A stretch of 64,000 nucleotides of DNA from an uncultured virus (IMG/VR IMGVR_UViG_3300020411_003822) (IMGVR_UViG_3300020411_003822), one strand, 5' to 3'; numbered from the stretch's first letter, positions 30,001 to 37,562 are shown. Notes: generated by a model from the letters alone, not told the origin. Made by a program: numbers and translations.

Positions 30001-30616
30001 CAAAGGAAAAATTGGTTCACCTGAGTTCTTTGAACAGATCGCAAGCAAAGTCCAAGTTTTCGGTGAAGGTCAAGGCTGGGTTAGAGATGGCTACCTGTAT
30101 TGGAAGAAAGGACCAGGGCATCTGAATTATGTCGAGGTAGATGGACACATGCTTGAAGGCGGCACAGCATGGATGCACACTCACCCTGCAGCATGGGAAC
30201 CATCACAAAGCAGTCCTGACGATTTCAAAGTGATGCATGGACTATTCATCAACCACGGAGTTAGAGACTTCTTCACGATTATAGCAGATCGTATTGACTG
30301 GTTCCGAGCGAAGAAGAAGGACAGAATACCATTAGAAGAAATGCTCGAAGTGATTGACGGCAAAAGCATCGTACAACACATGGAAGAAGACATCGACAGA
30401 GAGTTCCACATTGCTGAAGAGAAGTTCCAAAGAAAAATGGGCGATAAACCATACCTCACATCTGAACAAACTCGGTACATCACAAACCATTTCAATAAGG
30501 TGATTGATGAGTTCGAAATGTCCTACAAAGCATACGCCTTATCGCCTCAACAGGTAAGAGGAAGAATAGTATCAAATCCACCTCCCACAGTCGCCATATC
30601 TGGATTCTTCAAGTGA
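27005..30616 (+). CDS. Second NP-linked polyprotein (1203 aa): Zn amidohydrolase-like, Zn finger and JAB/MPN-like domains
   Basis: ATGA overlap; NP at 27032, 27422, 28307, 28889, 29051, 29120, 29600, 29774, 30575. Confidence 0.9.
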   Translation: MSLWNRHIKNPTQPLRTGRIPNQNTAQRASPRVLGWRVEDRDSFVAAFAFSTVENANSEKPEIEEWVKRNLEPRFGKGLEVILKAKTLIVIRPGTDVTKLETTKDGSPYYKGELRQTRSSDEGETRFVEDLLTGKEVRENPPTDVIITVPHAKDDKVDDGHDTDWNAEKASHELANALLEKGIDPIVMIGEDNRDIWDLNREHSSGRPFHIALNKNLKNADILLDIHSYPAEYEGWGDYDVVLFAFGPFHTEEDNNDTMELAKWITEECPDTKVLIDQADMIRNYIQHKGMIRDIESHLIEVVEGKDPKPAMKAVANYITGTKRNIPTVLPEGAAYQQFTLKLNLKEKTTLLELLEIEMEDLGFPPFKHSYFGSTSIVERTWFKLPTGFPQEPTLMFARNTGVVYLYRAQFLNNKEVQSIYEMINEAVESQPEPNPKDDNKESKLNRKSSESEIKEALKKKKIDPPVNAKGKLQVSKALQLAAGYVDKDSSNEDIEAELKKRKKKIPKKSDGKGGEKLDRAKALEMVGAKESVEAMPSLPSFGSSSKNERMKLSTSVTRMVVSQLLPGAHTIKEEGKGKGGQVDAAKVRNLDAFKKLPRAEKNKLLPKGKAPNWGEIKKKFGDKDIYKNPPKLCNTPNKKKYETQADARIAANYRMRLGTAPHLSTYKCKGCGFWHLTSTKTNPPVTVDPEQGKFSLDITGRFVKNPSIVVTANGEASKLNIGELAEPQEGEYGREQGRLVRVNMFRQKAGFKIKGQKKQPKYIISIETAGKHFYAEREVKIHGFAELKHFPDKKSEPRLRVETRGKHITVWPTVGDGKGWLKQAPEKTVIVRGKEHPLYDNIHIYQKEGDKYATESLGLSDLIENPTLQKTLYGEAFRDELTEKEEKIEALKVAGHILMDLPKWMKDKELQKLGAMRVSKPENPLNNNWLIPPEAEPIIEGMIEKKREAILEEARKKAEGTARLDEFKRNSPAYAEQYVKDHELMTPKEEKKFTKIKLKGKIGSPEFFEQIASKVQVFGEGQGWVRDGYLYWKKGPGHLNYVEVDGHMLEGGTAWMHTHPAAWEPSQSSPDDFKVMHGLFINHGVRDFFTIIADRIDWFRAKKKDRIPLEEMLEVIDGKSIVQHMEEDIDREFHIAEEKFQRKMGDKPYLTSEQTRYITNHFNKVIDEFEMSYKAYALSPQQVRGRIVSNPPPTVAISGFFK
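27430..27965 (+). other. Domain: N-formylglutamate amidohydrolase-like (Zn exopeptidase fold)
   Basis: IITVPHA...D...DLNR...LLDIHSYP...IE. Confidence 0.65.
28898..29050 (+). other. Domain: small Zn finger bounded by two NPP motifs
   Basis: C...KKKY....A...YKCKGCGFWHLTS between KNPP (28889) and TNPP (29051). Confidence 0.7.
30040..30310 (+). other. Domain: JAB/MPN-like metallopeptidase
   Basis: E upstream, then WMHTHP-x8-SPDD (HxH...SxxD with slightly long spacing). Confidence 0.6.
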
Positions 30617-30620
30617 AGCC

Positions 30621-30637
30621 TTCAAACGGCTGGAGGG
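30621..30637 (+). promoter_or_regulatory. Conserved promoter motif TTCAAACGGCTGGAGGG
   Basis: Starts 31 nt before chaperonin ATG; same motif and spacing at other genes. Confidence 0.8.
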
Positions 30638-30651
30638 CTTAGGACTGTTCA

Positions 30652-32145
30652 ATGGATGAAGACTCCCGAATCATCAGAGGAAGAGATGCTCAAAGAATGA
30701 TTGTCGATACAGCATGGAATATGGCTGAAGCTGTTCGAGCAACTCTTGGTCCGAGAGGAATGGACATGATGCTTGTTGATAGGATGGGCAACCAAGTATT
30801 GACGAACGATGGCGCAACAATCTTGAAGTCACTTGAAACCAGAGATCCTATCGCTAAAATTATCTCGGAAGTAGCCAAGTCACAGGAACAAACAGCATTT
30901 GACGGTACAACAACCTGCATCATCTTGATTGGGGAATTACTACGCAGAGCAGACGAATTGGTTAATCGAGGACTTCATCCAAATGCAATTATCAAAGGAT
31001 ACAGAATAGGACTTGCCCAAGCACTTGAGTCGGCAAAGAAGAACGCTATTCCTATGGAGCCAATAGATGCGGCCTACAAGGTTGCACACACTGCAATGAC
31101 TGGAAAAAGTGCCGAGGACTTCGTTGAGAACCTTGCCAACCTTTGTGCCAATGCCGCAGCAATCGCAGAACCGTCCGAAATCAAACTGCTCACTTTCACA
31201 GGCCAACCTCAAGACGCAGAATTAATCGAAGGAGTTGTAATCCTGAAAGGTGCGGTAGCAAAGGGCATGCCCGAAGAGATTGATGGAAATGTGCTACTTC
31301 TCGAAGCAGAGTTCTCTCCTCCAATCGCAAATATCACTCTAACAGATCCACAAAAAATAGCAGAGATAACGCAAATACAAGAAATGTTCTTGAAAAACAG
31401 GTTTGAGAAAATCTCTGAACTAAATGTGAAAGCAATATTTTGCCAAAAAGGAATGGACAGTAGGGTTTCACAGTATCTTCGTAAAAACGGGATTCTTGCA
31501 TTCAAAAATATCCGCAGGTCAGATATGCATAGAATTAGCGCAGCAACAGGGGCAGAACCAATTACAGACATTGGCGACATCAACGAAGAAGACCTGGGCA
31601 AAGGAAAAGTAAGCACCCACAAATCTGCTAACGCCTATGCAGTAGTAGAAGGGGCGACAAGTAAAGCCGCCACCATTCTGATTCCAGCACCTACAGAGCA
31701 AGCCGCAGAAGAATTCCAAAGAGCCCTCGAAGATGCAGTCGGTGTGTCCTACCTTTGCGTCAAAGAACCATATGTCGTGGATGGCGCAGGGTCAATCCAA
31801 GCCAAGATGGCTAAACACATCAAAGAATCAAAACCCGAAGAGAACCCAAAGGTTGAAGCGGCTCGACTCGCATTTGGTGAGGCTTTGATGATCATACCTC
31901 AAACTCTTGCCGAATCAGCAGGGATGGACATTATGGATGCGACAGTAAAAATGGCTAACAATCCTGAACTCGGTGTCGATGTGAACGGAATGACTCTAAG
32001 AGAAATGGAAGTGTTCGAACCTCTTGCAGTTGTGAGTTCCGCAATGTCAAGTGCAGTTGAAAATGGTGTATCTCTCTTACGCACGCACAGTATAGTGATG
32101 GCTAAACCCATACAAGAGATATTTGGAGAAAGAGCAAACGAATAG
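30652..32145 (+). CDS. Group II chaperonin (thermosome-like subunit)
   Basis: TLGPRGMDMML, TNDGATIL, DGTTT, FCQKGMD, RALEDA, IPQTLAESAG, EPLAV. Confidence 0.95.
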   Translation: MDEDSRIIRGRDAQRMIVDTAWNMAEAVRATLGPRGMDMMLVDRMGNQVLTNDGATILKSLETRDPIAKIISEVAKSQEQTAFDGTTTCIILIGELLRRADELVNRGLHPNAIIKGYRIGLAQALESAKKNAIPMEPIDAAYKVAHTAMTGKSAEDFVENLANLCANAAAIAEPSEIKLLTFTGQPQDAELIEGVVILKGAVAKGMPEEIDGNVLLLEAEFSPPIANITLTDPQKIAEITQIQEMFLKNRFEKISELNVKAIFCQKGMDSRVSQYLRKNGILAFKNIRRSDMHRISAATGAEPITDIGDINEEDLGKGKVSTHKSANAYAVVEGATSKAATILIPAPTEQAAEEFQRALEDAVGVSYLCVKEPYVVDGAGSIQAKMAKHIKESKPEENPKVEAARLAFGEALMIIPQTLAESAGMDIMDATVKMANNPELGVDVNGMTLREMEVFEPLAVVSSAMSSAVENGVSLLRTHSIVMAKPIQEIFGERANE

Positions 32146-32156
32146 GGTGATTATTG

Positions 32157-32282
32157 ATGGAAACAAAAATGCCGCACTACCTGTTAAACAAAGAACACCT
32201 TTGCAGTTGTAATAGAAATCCTTGTCCTCGCCCTGGAAGGCAAGCATGCATCAGAAGAACAAGAAGAAACTTATCTTCCTAA
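32157..32282 (+). CDS. Possible small Cys-rich protein (41 aa)
   Basis: GGGTGA RBS; METKMPHYLLNKEHLCSCNRNPCPRPGRQAC; below the ORF-track cut-off. Confidence 0.35.
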   Translation: METKMPHYLLNKEHLCSCNRNPCPRPGRQACIRRTRRNLSS

Positions 32283-33014
32283 GATGTCGGAAAGAGTTGC
32301 ATCTTTGCTCGGCAAAGGCAATGGAGTATGGAATCTCAATCTATCGTCACCTGCAATCAGATAAGCGAAGTGGTATTTGTTATCCCTGAGCCACGGTAAA
32401 TACTTCTCAATCTCTTCGAGCCGCTGACTTTCAAGATAAGAGCGATTCTCGCGCATGAAGAAACAGATCGTATTATTGCATTGAGAATAAACTTGAGAGT
32501 TGATGTTCTGTATTCTCTGACCTAATGCAACCATGATTATATTCTTGCCAAGTCCAGTAGTAGCTAATCTCTGTAAACCACTATGATTCGCTTGTTTCGC
32601 AGAATACAATTGAATCTCATCTATGAAAACAAGCATCGGCCTATTGGAATGTCCTTTACGAACTGGCTTATCAGATTTCAAGGAAAACAAAAAGTCAATC
32701 ATTTTCGTTAGTGCCTCTTTCCGACTGTCATCCCCAGGTGGCCGATAGATAATATGGCTGGCCTTCATCATTACATGGAATCTCAATTCAGACAGATTTC
32801 TGGCAACAACTCCATGAGGGAGAATAGAATTATCGTGCTTTGTATCTACAAAAATGTGTACAGGCTTTTTTCTCAAATCAAAAATCGGCTGTAAGAATAA
32901 TGTAAGGGCAGCAGTCGTTTTCCCATACTGGGTCTGCCCAACAATCACAGTATGGCCTGTTGAGAGTGCCTTCGTAAGTGGCTTGATGGATCTAATTAAG
33001 GGAGGATTCTCCAA
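32271..33014 (-). CDS. FtsK/HerA-superfamily ATPase, probable genome-packaging ATPase (A32/P9-like)
   Basis: Walker A GQTQYGKT, FVDTK, Walker B LVFIDEIQ, then G..K.I.MVALGQR..SQC; TTG at 33014 after GAGGTGA preferred (ORF open to 33104). Confidence 0.8.
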   Translation of the reverse strand: MENPPLIRSIKPLTKALSTGHTVIVGQTQYGKTTAALTLFLQPIFDLRKKPVHIFVDTKHDNSILPHGVVARNLSELRFHVMMKASHIIYRPPGDDSRKEALTKMIDFLFSLKSDKPVRKGHSNRPMLVFIDEIQLYSAKQANHSGLQRLATTGLGKNIIMVALGQRIQNINSQVYSQCNNTICFFMRENRSYLESQRLEEIEKYLPWLRDNKYHFAYLIAGDDRLRFHTPLPLPSKDATLSDILGR

Positions 33015-33018
33015 AGAA

Positions 33019-33249
33019 TCACCTCTTCTTCTTCTTTGACTCTCTGGACCTTCGGCCATTTCCGGACAATTTCTTCCGAATATCGTGTGGAGATTCTCCA
33101 ACAACCATCTCCAGGTAAGTCACAATCAGATTACTCATACTTCGATTTTCACTATCGGCACGAGACCGAATCAACTCTAACAAAGGCGCAGGCAACCGAA
33201 GAGTAAGAGTTTCCGACTCAACTCTTTCTGCCTTCTTTGCCTTCGCCAT
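33019..33249 (-). CDS. Ribbon-helix-helix (Arc/CopG-like) regulator
   Basis: TLTLRLPAPLLELIRSRADSENRSMSNLIVTYL; ATG 33249 is 30 nt from a promoter-motif variant. Confidence 0.8.
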   Translation of the reverse strand: MAKAKKAERVESETLTLRLPAPLLELIRSRADSENRSMSNLIVTYLEMVVGESPHDIRKKLSGNGRRSRESKKKKR

Positions 33250-33262
33250 GCCATAACCGATG

Positions 33263-33279
33263 CTTCTCAACCCTTTGGA
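33263..33279 (-). promoter_or_regulatory. Promoter motif variant TCCAAAGGGTTGAGAAG
   Basis: 3 mismatches to TTCAAACGGCTGAGA, 30 nt upstream of ATG 33249. Confidence 0.55.
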
Positions 33280-33286
33280 CTTTCCC

Positions 33287-33339
33287 CGCAAACAAGACGA
33301 ACACAAGCGAACACAAGTTAAATTGGTTGCAAGTGCAAC
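33287..33339. promoter_or_regulatory. Operator-like array: CGCAAACAAG, CGAACACAAG x2, then palindrome GTTGCA-AG-TGCAAC
   Basis: Direct repeats at 33287, 33298, 33308; inverted repeat 33326-33339; lies between divergent genes. Confidence 0.6.
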
Positions 33340-33351
33340 GATTTCAATTTG

Positions 33352-33360
33352 ATTATATGG
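33352..33360 (+). promoter_or_regulatory. TATA-like box ATTATATGG
   Basis: About 31 nt before ATG 33384; identical 9-mer at 37587. Confidence 0.6.
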
Positions 33361-33383
33361 AACTGCATATTCGGCTTGATACA

Positions 33384-34772
33384 ATGGTGGAATCGAACCT
33401 CATACTGGTGAACCCGCCAAGAAAAGCAAGGAAGGCGAAAAAAATGGCGACTACGAAGGCATCCAGATCCAAAGCAGCAAGAAAGGCAGCAGCAACAAGA
33501 AAGAGAAATGCGGCAAAGAGAAGTGCAGCAGCAAAGAAGGCAGCAGCAACTCGAAAGCGCAATGCTCGTAAAGGCAGTCGAAAGGCCGCCACCAAATCCC
33601 GTTCCACTAAAGCTAAGAGAAGTGCAGCAGCAAGAAAAGCAGCAGCAACTCGAAAGCGCAATGCGGCAAAGAGAAGTGCAGCAGCAAAGAAGGCAGCAGC
33701 AACTCGAAAGCGCAATTCTCGTAAAGGCAGTCGCAAAGCATCCTCCAAGAGAAAGGCATCTTCCAAGCGCAAGGGTACAAAAGCATCCCGTTCTGCAGCA
33801 GCAAAGAAAGCGTGGAGAACACGCAAGAGAAATGCGGCAAAGAGATCCGCGGCAGCAAAGCGTGGAGCAAGCAAGCGCAAAGCATCCACAAAGCGCAGAG
33901 CATCCACAAAACGCAGAGCATCCTCCAAGAGAAAAGGAAGCAAAGCTTCTCGTTCAGCAGCAGCACGCAAAGGATGGAGAACTCGCAGGCGCAATGGCAC
34001 TGCAAAGAGATCCTCAACCAAGCGCAGAGCATCCTCCAAGAGAAGAAAATCTCGAAGAAAGGCAAGAGGCGTTACAGTATCTAAAGTGAAAACCACTGGA
34101 AAGAACCTAACAGACTCAATGATGGCAGGTGCACAACTCCTACCAGGTCTAATGGGAACTGCAGCAGCAGCATTCGTTGCTCTTGGCGCATACCAAGCAG
34201 TCAAACCATACGCATGGGATCAACTGAACCTAACAGGTCCAGGTGGATTCATTGCTCAGGCAGTAAACATGCTTCCAGGAACTCCAAACACTGCAGCAGA
34301 CTTGACGAACTTCACTGAAAAGTCCCTTGCATTGGCAACAATTGCCGGTCTTGGATACCTTGTATCTTCGAAGAAAGCATTGAACCTTGTGGACTCCAAA
34401 ATCACAAACGGAGCAGTAATGGTAGCAGGTCTCTTGACAGCAGGTAACTTGTTGTTAGAACTGAAAACCTACAGCATCGGTAATGTGTTCAGCAACATTC
34501 TACAGTTCGACCTACAAGGAGCAAAGAACGCTTTCGGAGCAGGTAACGGGGTAGCAGGTGGCGGATTCGGTACAACGAACAACGCTTTGGCTAACAACGC
34601 AGTCTTCCGTGGCGCACACAACGGCAACATGGGACTCGCATTGAACTACAAGATGGCAGGCGCACACAACCAATTGCAAACAGCTAACACTGCAGCACTT
34701 CAAAGAGGTACAGGCAGATCCGCATTCTTCGGAACTGGTGGCTTGGGCGCATCCCGTGTGAACCTCTTCTGA
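33384..34772 (+). CDS. Histone-H1/protamine-like basic protein with C-terminal membrane segments (candidate DNA-condensing core protein)
   Basis: LVNPP, then about 220 aa of KRSAAAKKAAATRKRN / KRRASS repeats, three hydrophobic helices and a GGLGA tail. Confidence 0.85.
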   Translation: MVESNLILVNPPRKARKAKKMATTKASRSKAARKAAATRKRNAAKRSAAAKKAAATRKRNARKGSRKAATKSRSTKAKRSAAARKAAATRKRNAAKRSAAAKKAAATRKRNSRKGSRKASSKRKASSKRKGTKASRSAAAKKAWRTRKRNAAKRSAAAKRGASKRKASTKRRASTKRRASSKRKGSKASRSAAARKGWRTRRRNGTAKRSSTKRRASSKRRKSRRKARGVTVSKVKTTGKNLTDSMMAGAQLLPGLMGTAAAAFVALGAYQAVKPYAWDQLNLTGPGGFIAQAVNMLPGTPNTAADLTNFTEKSLALATIAGLGYLVSSKKALNLVDSKITNGAVMVAGLLTAGNLLLELKTYSIGNVFSNILQFDLQGAKNAFGAGNGVAGGGFGTTNNALANNAVFRGAHNGNMGLALNYKMAGAHNQLQTANTAALQRGTGRSAFFGTGGLGASRVNLF

Positions 34773-34800
34773 GCCTCACACTTTAGTGAGGTGAAGAGCG

Positions 34801-35487
34801 ATGGCTAATGGAGTTATGAAAACCCTAAAGAAACCTATCAAGGCAATTCAAGGGATTCCAAAAGCAATCACTGGTGCTCCAGGTAAGATCAAGAAATCCG
34901 CTACAGTCAAAAACGCCAAATCATACGGCAAAGTAGCACTGGCTCTTACAACAGCCGGAGTAGGATACGCTGCAGTACAGGAAACTGCCAAAGGAGTCAC
35001 TCGCGCACTTGCACCCGAAGAGTTCTCAAACAATCTCGAATGGAGATTCTCCAACACTGAGGTAGGTCTTGCAGGGCAAACTCTTCTTTTCATTGCCGCT
35101 TCGAATATGGCTGGAAAAGTGTTAGACGATATGGGGCTAATCAGCAGAAAAGAATCAAGCATCGTTGCAAATGCGGGAATGGGTCTTGCTATTGGAAGAC
35201 ACTTGATGGGTACAAGCTTGTTCGACTTTGGAAAGAGATTCGAATACTTGCTTGACGGAGAAATGGGCGCAGCCCTATATCCAGGAAGAGGTCCAGCAAT
35301 CACACTACCACAAAACGCAGTAGCAGCAAGTGAAGTTGTCACGATGAATGCAGGCGGTGGCTATTCTGTGGAAAACGCCTATCTGCAAAACAGAGTAGAT
35401 AGGGGAATGCCACACAATGTCGCAGGTGAAACTGTGTACAAGAACGGATCTAAACTACAACCATTCACAGCACCAAGTTACATCTGA
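34801..35487 (+). CDS. Membrane-associated structural protein candidate
   Basis: GAGGTGA RBS; basic N-terminus; Gly/Ala hydrophobic helices. Confidence 0.8.
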   Translation: MANGVMKTLKKPIKAIQGIPKAITGAPGKIKKSATVKNAKSYGKVALALTTAGVGYAAVQETAKGVTRALAPEEFSNNLEWRFSNTEVGLAGQTLLFIAASNMAGKVLDDMGLISRKESSIVANAGMGLAIGRHLMGTSLFDFGKRFEYLLDGEMGAALYPGRGPAITLPQNAVAASEVVTMNAGGGYSVENAYLQNRVDRGMPHNVAGETVYKNGSKLQPFTAPSYI

Positions 35488-35496
35488 GGTCATATC

Positions 35497-35655
35497 ATGC
35501 AGTTGCAGAAGATTTTGAGAAACCCTCACTGCTACACAAACAATGGTGGTCTTGGACAAACAAGCAATATCCCTCCAGGTTACTTGGTTGGCGGATTAGG
35601 AATGGGCGGATTGATGGTAACTGGTCTGATAGCACTCCTGATTCTCAGGAAGTGA
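35497..35655 (+). CDS. Small membrane protein (52 aa) with RNP and GGLG motifs
   Basis: MQLQKILRNPHCYTNNGGLGQTSNIPPGYLVGGLGMGGLMVTGLIALLILRK; fills an operon gap; GAGGT RBS. Confidence 0.75.
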   Translation: MQLQKILRNPHCYTNNGGLGQTSNIPPGYLVGGLGMGGLMVTGLIALLILRK

Positions 35656-35659
35656 AATC

Positions 35660-36160
35660 ATGTACAATAATCTTCGAGGTCCTGGAAACCCCTCTTTACA
35701 ATGGAGAGAAGTTCCACATGCTCCTGGTTCTGGAGTATATCGATGGTTGCCCAGAAACAACCTCGAAGTAAATCAGCATTCACAAGCAAACGAACTGAAC
35801 AATCTTTCCCAACAAAACCAACATCAGAATCAAAACCAACATCAGAATCAGCACCACCAGCAACACATGGAAAATAATCCTGGCTCACAAAGCCCATTCT
35901 TCGGTAATACCATCAGCGGCAGACAAGCGGGATGGGCGATTACTGGAGCGGTTGTAGGAAACACCATCATTGCCAAAGCACTGGGAACAAAGTGGTTGGA
36001 GGCTCTCGACATTGGCATTGTGACCGCCGGATTAGGAATTACAGTTGCTGGAGGATTGACAGCGATTAACGGGATCACCGAAGAAAATGTGACGAAACTC
36101 GCAGCAGGCGGTGCCCTTACAGGTCTTGGCTTGTTCTACATGCTGCCGATGGGGAAGTGA
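35660..36160 (+). CDS. Membrane protein with Q/N/H-rich N-terminus
   Basis: LRGPGNP, QNQHQNQNQHQNQ repeat, ENNP, three Gly-rich helices. Confidence 0.8.
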   Translation: MYNNLRGPGNPSLQWREVPHAPGSGVYRWLPRNNLEVNQHSQANELNNLSQQNQHQNQNQHQNQHHQQHMENNPGSQSPFFGNTISGRQAGWAITGAVVGNTIIAKALGTKWLEALDIGIVTAGLGITVAGGLTAINGITEENVTKLAAGGALTGLGLFYMLPMGK

Positions 36161-36342
36161 TCCCATTGTCCAAACAACAGTTGGCAAAGGAAAGAACTGA
36201 ACTTGCTCGAACAAGAACCAAATTAGCATGGACACGAACGGGTATTGCATTCGTAGGTCTTGGTTTAGCATGGGTTGGATTCAGATTAGGTGCAGGTCAA
36301 TCAATCATACCTGACCCAAGAGCGCCATTTCGTCCGAGATGA
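36157..36342 (+). CDS. DUF202/YidH-like small membrane protein
   Basis: LAKERTELARTRTKLAWTRTGIAFVGLG. Confidence 0.7.
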   Translation: MIPLSKQQLAKERTELARTRTKLAWTRTGIAFVGLGLAWVGFRLGAGQSIIPDPRAPFRPR

Positions 36343-36370
36343 TTCAATGCCAAGAAATCCATTCACTGAT

Positions 36371-36398
36371 GGTGGGAAGGAAATCCCCACCGTGGGGA
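36371..36398. terminator. Inverted repeats between convergent genes
   Basis: GGTGGG...CCCACC overlapping TCCCCAC-C-GTGGGGA in the convergent gap. Confidence 0.4.
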
Positions 36399-36405
36399 GT
36401 CTCCT

Positions 36406-36564
36406 TCAACGCTTGCGCTTCTTCTTCTCCCAATTGCTACGCCGGTCATCTCGATAATCGTCAGTCATCCCTCTAATCTGTTCATCAACAATACACTCCT
36501 GGCACAATTTAGATTCAGGATGAACAGCAGGTACAACTTTCTTACATCGAAAGCACTTAGGCAA
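36406..36564 (-). CDS. Small Zn-finger protein (52 aa)
   Basis: TTG start; PKCFRC...LCQEC...KKKRKR; follows the upstream minus gene. Confidence 0.6.
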   Translation of the reverse strand: MPKCFRCKKVVPAVHPESKLCQECIVDEQIRGMTDDYRDDRRSNWEKKKRKR

Positions 36565-36568
36565 ACTT

Positions 36569-36793
36569 TCACTTCCGAGAAATATCCTTCAGCAACTTGG
36601 ATTCTTCGAGAGTCCGAATTGTTTCCAACGGCGTTGCTACCTTTTCGCCACGATCTGTCAGCATATCCACAAAGACACTAACAGTAGCTACCGCCAAGAA
36701 CCAAAGAAACCCTTGATGACCTGTAATCAGATAGCCAACAAGGGAGAATAATTGTAAGAAATGAAGAAAAATCCTAACAGGACGCAAAATCAA
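36569..36793 (-). CDS. Small two-helix membrane protein
   Basis: Overlapping coupling; two hydrophobic segments. Confidence 0.7.
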   Translation of the reverse strand: MILRPVRIFLHFLQLFSLVGYLITGHQGFLWFLAVATVSVFVDMLTDRGEKVATPLETIRTLEESKLLKDISRK

Positions 36794-37224
36794 ACCTCCA
36801 CAGAATCGTGGTAAGTAACTTCTATTTGAGCCTCATTCAACAACCCAGGTCGAAGGGTACTCAACATTGCAACCAACTCAGTAACTCGAATAGCATCAAT
36901 AGGGCTGAAGACCCAAAAGACAGTCATTACTCCTGTTCTTCGCTGCTTCTTCCCATCTTCGACTACTTCAATGAGTTCTAAGTCGTGCCCATCCAACCAA
37001 TCATCGAAAGATTTGAGATTGGCAACAAGTGTCTGTTCCCATTGAAACCCAGCATCAGTAGTTTCGACAACCTTGCGTACAGTAACGCTCCAAGAAGGTT
37101 CTTCAGCATCGTTTTCAATTTCAACTACAATTAGATCCTCTGAATCACATTCTGGACAAGCTGTGTTGGTGAGTCCAGTTATGTGGTTACAAACCTTGCA
37201 CTTTTTCGCACGAATCAACATCAC
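36790..37224 (-). CDS. Zn-ribbon protein
   Basis: CKVC...CPEC at the N-terminus. Confidence 0.75.
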   Translation of the reverse strand: MMLIRAKKCKVCNHITGLTNTACPECDSEDLIVVEIENDAEEPSWSVTVRKVVETTDAGFQWEQTLVANLKSFDDWLDGHDLELIEVVEDGKKQRRTGVMTVFWVFSPIDAIRVTELVAMLSTLRPGLLNEAQIEVTYHDSVEV

Positions 37225-37451
37225 TGTCCACCCAACTGACGCCTAACGGCCTCGTCTGCCGCCTTTTTCCTTTGATGTTCGTCAATCACCTGGGCTTCCT
37301 TGATTGCAAGATTTTCAAATGCCAATGAACGCAATGCAGTCGATATGCCAGGAAGCCCCATTCGTGCTGCATATTCCCTCAACCTGCGCATTTCGTCTTC
37401 GCTAAGCCTTGTCCGGACTGTAGCCGCAGATTTCGGAGCCTCGGTTCCCAT
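37221..37451 (-). CDS. Ribbon-helix-helix-like regulator
   Basis: TVRTRLSEDEMRRLREYAARMGLPGISTALRSL. Confidence 0.7.
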   Translation of the reverse strand: MGTEAPKSAATVRTRLSEDEMRRLREYAARMGLPGISTALRSLAFENLAIKEAQVIDEHQRKKAADEAVRRQLGGQ

Positions 37452-37463
37452 GATTACAGGTCA

Positions 37464-37482
37464 AGGGTCTCAGCCGTTTGAG
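37464..37482 (-). promoter_or_regulatory. Promoter motif CTCAAACGGCTGAGACCCT
   Basis: 31 nt upstream of ATG 37451. Confidence 0.8.
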
Positions 37483-37529
37483 GATAACCCAATCTATGAA
37501 CCTCTAAAGAAGGGCCTGGACCATCGACA

Positions 37530-37562
37530 TTTGTAGGCACTTTGTAGGCACATTGTAGCGAC
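37530..37562. promoter_or_regulatory. 11-bp-period direct repeats TTTGTAGGCAC x2 + ATTGTAGCGAC
   Basis: Units at 37530, 37541, 37552 in the divergent intergenic region. Confidence 0.65.

Noticed and set aside
20565..30577. NP(P) linkers as 2A/StopGo peptides or intein ends
   Set aside because: 2A needs DxExNPGP and the Gly is absent; intein ends need (H)N followed by C/S/T plus splicing blocks, which are not seen.
20565..30577. NP linkers as DNA-level recombination sites of an integron-like cassette array
   Set aside because: Codons differ among copies and I saw no shared flanking nucleotide repeat or palindrome.
32271..33104. ATPase as a terminase large subunit
   Set aside because: Too short, no nuclease domain, and the motif order fits FtsK/HerA.
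33353..34204. Antisense and alternate-frame ORFs over the basic repeat gene
   Set aside because: By-products of low-complexity repeats lacking stops; no RBS or promoter support.
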